Source of the DNA: Candidatus Micrarchaeota archaeon | GTDB taxonomy: Archaea; Micrarchaeota; Micrarchaeia; Norongarragalinales; SBBD01 | NCBI GenBank assembly: GCA_038046605.1 | Contig: JBBSVW010000001.1 | Location: 1-6,279 of the forward strand | Length of the DNA: 6,279 nucleotides | Direction: 5' to 3' | Part shown: positions 1 to 6,279 of the stretch, one piece after another | Layout: every line of letters begins with the position of its first letter | Position numbering within the stretch: position 1 is the first letter of the stretch | Position numbers and translations under genes: made by a program | The notes under the pieces: model-generated | Told to the model about the DNA's origin: nothing | Seen by the model: the letters and a program-made list of their open reading frames with translations, nothing else | Databases searched by the model: none

Positions 1-156
1 GGCTAGGGGAGCAAATCGGATTAGATACCCGAGTAGTCCTAGCAGTAAATGATGCAGACTAGGCTTTGCAACGGCTTCGAGCTGTTGCAGGGCCGCAGGG
101 AAGCTATTAAGTCTGCCGCTTGGGGAGTACGGTCGCAAGGCTGAAACTTAAAGGAA

Positions 157-828
<672 letters not shown>

Positions 829-954
829 TGCTGCGGTTCAATTGGACTCAACGCCGGGAAACTCACCAGGAAAGACAGCAGAATGAAGGCCAGACTGAAG
901 ATCTTGCCCGACAAGCTGAGAGGTATTGCATGGCCAGCGTCAGCTCGTGCCGTG

Positions 955-1007
955 AGGTATTCGTCAGTTCTCTGGAGAGCTCGCTAAGACTTACCGATAC
1001 CCGGTAA
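955..1007 (+). other. 53-nt ORF-less BHB mini-intron in 16S, after E. coli-equivalent G1079
   Basis: Removal restores CCGTG|AGGTGTCAGG. Central helix GCCG (949-952)/CGGT (1002-1005); bulges TG^A and AA^A; intron stem GGTAT (956-960)/ATACC (997-1001). Confidence 0.88.
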
Positions 1008-1030
1008 AGGTGTCAGGTTAAGTCCTGCAA

Positions 1031-1675
1031 ATCCCGCGTCCTCGAAATTTTTCAGTCGAAATCACCTCTAGAAAATGCTTTAAATAGGCAAAAAGTACTA
1101 GAAGCATGAATTTCGAATTGGATATCCATACTGCATACATTGCAGGATTATGGAAGGCAGACAATTGTTCTTCTGCAAAGGGAGTCGTTGGAATTAGGAG
1201 CAAGGATAAAATATTGCTTGATAAATTCCAAAACATCATGCTTCGATATTTCCCGAAAGAGAAAATGAGAAGCAGGAAAATAACAAGCGGCTATTCCGAC
1301 ACGGAAGAAACATATGTTTGCTCAACTGAGCTTCAACGATATCTGGAAAATTTAATCAGCAATAGGGAAATGCTTTCCCAGGAACTTGCATATTCGTTTC
1401 TTGCAGGTTTCTTGGACGGCGACGGAAGCGTCGACGGTAAAAAGAGCATGCTCTACTATTGCTATGGATTGAAAGACGTCAAAGAAGCCCAAAGAGATAA
1501 AAAATTCTTGGAAAAATTTGGCTACGAAACATCACTGCTTAAGTCTGGAAAGGCTTGGAAAGTGTTCGTTCTCAAACCAAAATATTTCGCTGAAAAAATA
1601 ATTCAATATGTTGTTCTTGATCGAAAGAGAAAAGAGCTTATTTTGTTGATTTCGAAGAGGACGCGTGGAGCAGAT
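1031..1675 (+). mobile_element. BHB-type 16S intron (645 nt), after E. coli-equivalent A1102, carrying a homing endonuclease gene
   Basis: Canonical BHB: central helix CTGC (1025-1028)/GCAG (1670-1673), bulges AA^A and AT^C, 12-bp intron stem TCCCGCGTCCTC (1032-1043)/GAGGACGCGtGGA (1657-1669). Splicing restores GCAA|CGAGCGAG. Confidence 0.96.
1079..1086 (+). promoter_or_regulatory. Putative archaeal TATA box (TTTAAATA) with purine-rich BRE-like GAAAA upstream, inside the intron
   Basis: Begins 27 nt before ATG 1106, a spacing compatible with a leaderless transcript. No SD-like motif precedes the ATG. Motif match only. Confidence 0.45.
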
Positions 1676-1750
1676 CGAGCGAGATCTCTGCTTACAGTTG
1701 CTAATTTTTCAGAAATGAAGGATGCACTCTGTGAGGACTGCCCGTGTTAA
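1106..1750 (+). CDS. Two-motif LAGLIDADG homing endonuclease; the genomic ORF runs 75 nt past the intron end (1675) into 16S exon
   Basis: Motifs YIAGLWKADN and FLAGFLDGDGS. There is no stop before the 3' splice junction, so the true C-terminus depends on the RNA form translated. Confidence 0.9.
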   Translation: MNFELDIHTAYIAGLWKADNCSSAKGVVGIRSKDKILLDKFQNIMLRYFPKEKMRSRKITSGYSDTEETYVCSTELQRYLENLISNREMLSQELAYSFLAGFLDGDGSVDGKKSMLYYCYGLKDVKEAQRDKKFLEKFGYETSLLKSGKAWKVFVLKPKYFAEKIIQYVVLDRKRKELILLISKRTRGADRARSLLTVANFSEMKDALCEDCPC

Positions 1751-2058
1751 ATGGGAGGAAGGAAGAGGCGACGCTAGGTCAGTATGGTCCGAATTTCCTG
1801 GGCCACACGTGGCATACAATGGCGGAGACAATGAGTCCCAACGCCGAAAGGTGAAGGTAATCCCATAAACTCCGCCCAAGTCCGGATCGGGGGCTGAAAC
1901 TCGTCCCCGTGAAGCTGGAATCCCTAGTAATCGCGTGTCATCATCGCGCGGTGAATATGTCCCCGCTCCTTGCACACACCGCCCGTCAAGTCAACCAAGC
2001 GGGGCTGTATTGAGGCTTGGCTTTAGGGTCAAGTCGAGGTATAGCTCTGTAAGGTGGA

Positions 2059-2097
<39 letters not shown>

Positions 2098-2260
2098 AGA
2101 TCACCTCAATTAATCGCAAAGCATTGCGACCGGTGGTCGCTTTGTAGAGACGATGAACTAAGGTTGACAATTTTGTGCGAGTTGCGAAAGTTCTTTCCGC
2201 AATTCCTTAGGATTGTAATTCCTCAGCACCTGAAATATTCTTCAAACATTTCGCATGCAA

Positions 2261-2286
2261 TTGTTGCAGAGTAATTTTTGCAACAA
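2261..2286 (+). repeat. Spacer hairpin (inverted repeat)
   Basis: TTGTTGCA (2261-2268)/TGCAACAA (2279-2286) form a perfect 8 bp, extendable by GAG/TTT, with loop TAAT. Confidence 0.6.
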
Positions 2287-2345
2287 AAAGTAATGTTTTA
2301 TGGAGGAGAAATCGGTTTATCCGGTTTTTCCCCTAAAAAATAAAT

Positions 2346-2558
2346 GGGCTCGTGGCGCAGCGGTAGCGCGCGTGCTTTGCAAGCACGAGGCCGTGGGTTC
2401 AAATGCCTTGCCCCTTTCTTTTAGAAAAAGAAAGGTGCGATGGCTCCGCGCCAAAGAAAATGGGATTGGCAAAGTGAAAATCGTTTTTCTTTTGCGGCGC
2501 CACACGCTTTTCTTTTTTTGAAAAAGAAAAGCAAGGCGGGGAATTCCCACCGAGTCCA
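2346..2558 (+). tRNA. tRNA-Ala(UGC) with a T-loop intron; exons 2346-2403 and 2545-2558; CCA not encoded
   Basis: Acceptor GGGCTCG/CGAGTCC with G3-U70 Ala identity pair and A73 (2558); D stem GCGC/GCGC; anticodon stem CGTGC/GCACG with TGC at 2378-2380; T stem GTGGG (2393-2397)/CCCAC (2546-2550). This is the usual spacer position for tRNA-Ala. Confidence 0.96.
2404..2544 (+). other. 141-nt tRNA intron at non-canonical position 59/60 (58/59 possible), relaxed BHB
   Basis: Closing stem GCCTTGC (2405-2411)/GCAAGGC (2531-2537); helix TTC/GGA; 3' bulge AT^T. Removal gives the 7-nt loop TTCAAAT. Confidence 0.88.
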
Positions 2559-2577
2559 TGAATAACAAGGGGTAAAT

Positions 2578-2940
2578 ATGCCAAAAATGCTCGAAGAGCA
2601 AATTCGCGAAGCTGCAAAGGAATTGGACATTCCAGAAAAGCACGTAACGGATTTGACAAAGCATGCATCTGACCTATTGAGGGATGTTGCAAAAATGAAG
2701 AAGCTCTCGCCTGCAGAATTGATTGCGGCAAGGGGCCATGTCTTCCAGGCAGTAATTGGCAATTTCGCCCATGGAACAGTCGGGAAAGGCTTTGATGAGA
2801 GACTAGAAAACCGGCTCAAAAGATTCAATAAAAATATGGCAGGATTCCATTTGAACGAAGCAAAATTAAGGGGAACGGCGGAAAAATATTTCCGCAAAGT
2901 GCACGCAGTAGGCCTTTCGGTCTATGCGTCAAGGCAGTAA
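2578..2940 (+). CDS. Hypothetical 120-aa protein in the tRNA-23S spacer
   Basis: ATG 19 nt after the tRNA 3' end; SD-like GGGGT at 2569-2573; protein-like charged, helical composition; followed by a hairpin (about 2948-2979). No family recognised. Confidence 0.7.
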   Translation: MPKMLEEQIREAAKELDIPEKHVTDLTKHASDLLRDVAKMKKLSPAELIAARGHVFQAVIGNFAHGTVGKGFDERLENRLKRFNKNMAGFHLNEAKLRGTAEKYFRKVHAVGLSVYASRQ

Positions 2941-4229
2941 AATTTTCGTCCCCTTTGCAAATTCAGTTTTGCAGGAGACAATCAAGGAAATGCGGTTCGC
3001 GGAGTAAGACCACCCTCGCAAGGGAGGCATCCGGGAATGAAAGTGCTGAGGGATTGTCTGTGCCTCCTAGGCATGGATAATTCCGTTTATGAAGCGGTAT
3101 AGGAAAGAATTTCACTGAGAGTAGTGCTACAAGCCGTTCAGTGGATTGCTAGGCTTGGGTAACGACGACGGGCGCGGCAAGCGGCGAAACGCCCCGGGTA
3201 GGCGCATGCAGCCTTTGATCCGGGGATCCCCTAATTTTTCCGGAAGGAAAGAAGACCGCCTGAATTGAAATATCTTAGTAAGGCGAGGAAAAGAAATCAA
3301 CAGAGATTCCAGTAGTAACGCGAGTGAACCTGGATTATAGGGCAAACCGAATCTTCCCCGCAAGGGAGAAGCATATGTGGTGTGCTAGGCCCCTTTTTTA
3401 ACGCAGTAAGTTAGCCAAGGTTCGTTGGAAAACGACGTCATAGAAGGTGAAAGCCCTGTAGGCGAAAACGATGCTGGGTGTAAGGAGGCCTCGAGTAGGG
3501 CTCGGCGATTTCCGAGTTTGAATGGGAGTATTAACTTCCAACCCTGAATATACCCCAAGACCGATAGCGTATTAAGTACCGTGAGGGAAAGCTGAAAAGC
3601 AGCCAAAAAATGGCAGTGCAAAGTGCATGAAACTGAAACGGCTACATTAAGGTGCGGCTTAAAAGCTGGTATGATCGCAAGTGACAGCGAAGTTGCACCC
3701 TACTTCTTGAAGCAAGAGCCAAGGAGTTCATAGGAGTGGCGAGCATTGAGCGAAGCGAAAGCGAGGCGCACGCACCGTCCGCAAGGACGGGAGGTGCGAC
3801 GTTGTAATTAGCGTCAAGTCACTAATATGAGACCCGAAGCCAAAGCGATCTAAGCGAGCGCAGGGTGAAGCCGTCCTTCCGGATGGTGGAGGCCCGCAAC
3901 CGTTTCTGGTATATCCGATCGGGTGACGCTTGTTTAGGGATGATAGTTCATTCGAGCTTGGCGTTAGCGGGTTCCCTCCGAAGTGTATCTAAGTACAGCC
4001 TCCGTCGAGACTTATAATAGGTAGAGCGACTGATTTGGGGGAGCGGGGAGTAAAATCCTCACCTCCTTGTCAAACTCCGAAGCTATTATGGTCGCAGAAG
4101 CGGGGAGTTGGGATACCCGAGGTAAGCGCGGGTTCCGTGAGGGGAACGACCCCTACTGCGGTTAAGGTCCCAAAGAATTGGCTAAGTGTAAATGCAAGAT
4201 GTCATGGATCTCAGACAGCGGGGAGGTAG

Positions 4230-4975
4230 ACGATACTAGCACGAAAGCAGTTGAAGTTAAGCTTCACTGGAAATCACGTCTAAGAGAACTTATAAACCAT
4301 AAGTTTGATGAGAGATGCGATAATAGATGAAGCCAAATGAACTTGAGAATAAGTTGCCGACAAGGGAGCATATGATTGCTTACCTGTTGGGAGCATTTAG
4401 AGACGGCAGCATTCACAAGTATGGCGCAAGCCGTGAAATAATTGTTTGGCAGAAAAATCCAGTGTGGCTTGAAGGGATTTCATATTTGATTAGGCAGGTT
4501 TTTGAAATCAAGACAATGCCGAAGAAGACGATTGGTGGTTGGAGGTTAAAATTCAAATCAAAGCAAGTATTTGAAATGCTTGTGAAAGATTTTGGTTTTC
4601 CTCAAAGCGGAAAACAAATTTATTGGAAAACGCCTAGTGCGGTTCTTGAGGGAGCAATTCCAAAGGAATCGTATTTAAGCGGATTTTTCGATGCGGAAGG
4701 TTCCGCCCAAATAAAGCCGCCAGCGCTTCATTTTTTCCAATCTTGGAATTTGGAAAACATTTGTCCTCCTCTTGAGGATTTGAAAAACATGATGCAAGAG
4801 TTAAGGATTGATGCGGGCAAAGTCAGATTAAGGAAGCCTACTATTTACGCGAATTATCCAAGGTTTATACTTTCGGTAAGCAACAAGCGCAGCGTAATTA
4901 ATTTTTATCAACAAATTGGATCTCTTCATCCCGATAAGGGAAAAAACCTTCAACTTGCTGCTAGTAACGGCCAAG
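4230..4975 (+). mobile_element. BHB-type 23S intron (746 nt) in helix 43 (GTPase-associated centre), after E. coli-equivalent G1062, carrying a homing endonuclease gene
   Basis: Stem CGaTACTAGCA (4231-4241)/TGCTAGTAaCG (4959-4969), continued by GCAGTTGAAG/CTTCAACTtGC. Central helix AGGT/GCCA pairs at 3 of 4 positions; bulges AG^A and AG^G. Removal restores the H43 length. Confidence 0.92.
4290..4296 (+). promoter_or_regulatory. Putative TATA box (TTATAAA) preceded by purine-rich AAGAGAA, inside the intron
   Basis: Begins 37 nt upstream of ATG 4327. Motif match only, in AT-rich sequence. Confidence 0.35.
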
Positions 4976-4998
4976 GAACAGAAGCTCCCATCCTTTAA
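4327..4998 (+). CDS. Two-motif LAGLIDADG homing endonuclease; the genomic ORF runs 23 nt past the intron end (4975) into 23S exon
   Basis: Motifs YLLGAFRDGS and YLSGFFDAEGS; visibly similar to the 221-799 protein. Confidence 0.92.
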   Translation: MKPNELENKLPTREHMIAYLLGAFRDGSIHKYGASREIIVWQKNPVWLEGISYLIRQVFEIKTMPKKTIGGWRLKFKSKQVFEMLVKDFGFPQSGKQIYWKTPSAVLEGAIPKESYLSGFFDAEGSAQIKPPALHFFQSWNLENICPPLEDLKNMMQELRIDAGKVRLRKPTIYANYPRFILSVSNKRSVINFYQQIGSLHPDKGKNLQLAASNGQGTEAPIL

Positions 4999-5527
4999 AC
5001 AACGCGTAACAGCGGACCCGTCAAGATTCGTGGCGTCGTAAACTATCGGGACTCAAGCCAATCACCGATACCGTGGAATTGCATAGTTAATGCAAATTTG
5101 GTAGGAGGGCGAACGGGCTGGGCAGAAGTTGGGCTGTGAAGTCCAATGGACCAGCTTGTTACGAAAATCTTGGTGCTAGTAGCATCTATTCCAGGCGAGA
5201 ATCCTGGACGTCGAAAGGGCAAGGGTTTCTTGGCAACGCTAATCAGCCAAGAGTTAGCCGGTCCTAACGCTAAACGTAACCGTGATGCGGAAAGGGAAAG
5301 CAGTTAATATTCTGCTGCCTTCTAGGTGAACGCGGCAACGCAAGCTTACATCTGACGCTTGTGGGTACGCCAAGTGCAAGCAATTGCATTCAAGCTGACC
5401 ATCTCAAAGAAGTCTTGTTGAGAGGAGCATTTGAGAAAGCAGCGATGAGCGATGAGTTTGGCTCAGCCCAAAAGCCCATGAAAAGGGTGTATGATTTTTT
5501 CTAGAAGACCGTACCGAGATCCAGTAC

Positions 5528-5836
5528 ATTCCCGCCTTCCTCAGTATTTTTAATTGTGCAGTATGAAATTAGTATGGTGATATTATGCCTGAATTGCTTG
5601 CTGACGATTTAGTAAAAGTCAATGAATTGTTTAAACGTATAAACACTCGTTTACCAACGGTAATTGAGTTGCATAATGGAGGTACAATCAGACAAGCAGA
5701 GCGAGAAAGACTTGCAATGCAAATAAAAACTTTTGAAGAGGCAATCAAAGAGTTTAAACGCAAGCATGGAGGGCATGATTTTTCAAAATATATTGCTTCA
5801 AAATAATACTTATTACGAGGAAGGCGGGATACTGAA
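5528..5836 (+). other. BHB-type 23S intron (309 nt), after E. coli-equivalent C1617, carrying a non-endonuclease ORF
   Basis: Perfect 13-bp stem TCCCGCCTTCCTC (5530-5542)/GAGGAAGGCGGGA (5817-5829); central helix CAGT/ACTG; bulges AC^A and AA^A; exon stem ATC/GGT. Splicing gives CCAGTAC|AGGTGCCCC. Confidence 0.94.
5585..5806 (+). CDS. Hypothetical 73-aa helical protein encoded in a 23S intron
   Basis: The ORF fills the intron loop. GGTGAT (5576-5581) is exactly complementary to the 16S 3' ATCACC in this window. Start and stop are both inside the intron. Confidence 0.72.
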   Translation: MPELLADDLVKVNELFKRINTRLPTVIELHNGGTIRQAERERLAMQIKTFEEAIKEFKRKHGGHDFSKYIASK

Positions 5837-5976
5837 AGGTGCCCCTAGCTGAAAAAGCTAAGACGTGACAGGAGAACTGACGCAAGGGAATTCGGCAAAT
5901 TGGCCCAATACCTTCGGTATAATGGGTGCCTACATCTCTTCAAAGATTTATCGATGGGGATTTGTAGGTCGCAGTG

Positions 5977-6076
5977 ACTTCCAGCAGAAGAAAGAAAAGA
6001 TGACGAGTCTGAACAACCTCTGATCTATGACGATGTTGATAGCGACGGATTTTTCGATATCTGATGGAGGCTGTAT
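5977..6076 (+). other. 100-nt BHB-type 23S intron, after E. coli-equivalent position 1758
   Basis: Central helix GCAG (5971-5974)/CTGT (6071-6074); bulges TG^A and AT^A; stem CTTCCAgCAGA (5978-5988)/TCTGaTGGAGG (6060-6070). Splicing restores GTCGCAGTG|ACCAGGGG. Confidence 0.92.
5994..6055 (+). ncRNA. Putative box C/D methylation-guide sRNA nested in the 23S intron
   Basis: Box C ATGACGA (6000-6006), 13-nt guide, box D' CTGA (6020-6023), 3-nt spacer, box C' ATGACGA (6027-6033), 12-nt guide, box D CGGA (6046-6049). Terminal stem GAAAA (5994-5998)/TTTTT (6050-6054) is placed as required for a K-turn. Confidence 0.75.
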
Positions 6077-6279
6077 ACCAGGGGACATCGACTGTTTAAC
6101 AAAAACACAAGTCATCGCTAAGTCGAAAGGCTGTATACGATGGCTGACGCCTGCTCACTACTAGTACCTGAACCCGGGTTTCAACCTGGTGAAGGGCTAG
6201 CAAAAAGCGGGAGTAACTCTGACTCTCTTAAGGTAGCGTAATACCTCGCCGCTTAATTGGCGGCTTGCATGAATGGCGT

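Larger units (their letters stand above)
2215..3057 (+). other. Long-range spacer helix (2215-2229 with 3043-3057) enclosing the tRNA and spacer ORF
   Basis: GTAATTCCTCAGCAC pairs with GTGCTGAGGGATTGT over 15 bp (3 G-U). After an internal loop it continues with TATTC (2236-2240)/GAATG (3035-3039). Confidence 0.7.
3126..6279 (+). rRNA. rrl: Archaeal 23S rRNA, 3'-truncated (ends near E. coli ~1975), split by 3 introns; exons ~3126-4229, 4976-5527, 5837-5976, 6077-6279; 5' end approximate
   Basis: CAAGCCGTTCAGTGGATTGCTAGGC start; GACCGATAGCG..AAGTACCGTGAGGGAAAG; GTPase-centre GACAGCGGGGAGGTAG|GAACAGAAGC; GGGAATTCGGCAAATTGGCCC; GACTGTTTAACAAAAACAC; GTAACTCTGACTCTCTTAAGGTAGC. Confidence 0.97.

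Noticed and set aside
2413..2532. CRISPR array or terminator in the T/A-rich repeats
   Set aside because: The repeats are short, inverted and not regularly spaced, and they lie inside the tRNA intron, so termination there would truncate the tRNA.
2556..2558. Apparent encoded CCA end of tRNA-Ala
   Set aside because: These bases are C71, C72 and discriminator A73. The next bases are TGA, so CCA must be added enzymatically.
2300..2897. ORFs 2300-2521(+), 2317-2664(-), 2399-2731(-), 2421-2897(-)
   Set aside because: They run through the tRNA and its low-complexity palindromic intron or are antisense to the better-supported 2578-2940 ORF.
3127..4229. ORFs 3127-3363(-), 3385-3621(-), 4035-4229(+)
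   Set aside because: Entirely within 23S rRNA exon; typical spurious rRNA ORFs.
5569..5763. 64-aa minus-strand ORF
   Set aside because: Antisense shadow of 5585-5806, which has the SD and the operon orientation.
5981..6064. Acidic reading frame PAEERKDDESEQPLIYDDVDSDGFFDI* with a DxDxDG-like motif in the 100-nt intron; extendable to 45 aa from ATG 6027 on the circle
   Set aside because: There is no start codon on the linear RNA and no SD. The Asp codons coincide with the ATGACGA boxes, and box spacing, K-turn stem and the N+5 match favour the C/D reading. An ORF remnant remains the main alternative explanation.
6009..6064. Extra CTGA motifs at 6009-6012 and 6061-6064 as alternative D boxes
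   Set aside because: 6061-6064 is paired in the intron's closing stem and would give a 27-nt guide. 6009-6012 is only 2 nt after box C. CGGA 6046-6049 fits the spacing, stem and C-G compensation.

Overview
The window is the interior of an archaeal rRNA operon on the + strand: 3' half of 16S, spacer, tRNA-Ala(UGC), an orphan ORF, then the 5' two-thirds of 23S. The divergent rRNA suggests a DPANN-like lineage (inference). Seven bulge-helix-bulge (BHB)-type introns can be delimited by hand: three in 16S (157-800, 955-1007, 1031-1675), one in the tRNA T-loop (2404-2544) and three in 23S (4230-4975, 5528-5836, 5977-6076). Together they cover about 42% of the window. Three introns encode two-motif LAGLIDADG endonucleases and one encodes an unrelated 73-aa protein. 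Three observations stand out. (1) The 100-nt 23S intron has full box C/D guide-RNA architecture, and its D' guide predicts the conserved A-loop methylation Um2552 of the host 23S. (2) Two endonuclease ORFs have no stop inside their intron; on the circularised intron one runs round the whole circle and stops in an AUGA overlap with its own start. (3) The 53-nt 16S mini-intron is largely antisense to the two exons flanking the next intron. E. coli-equivalent positions were counted by eye from remembered consensus sequence and should be confirmed by alignment.
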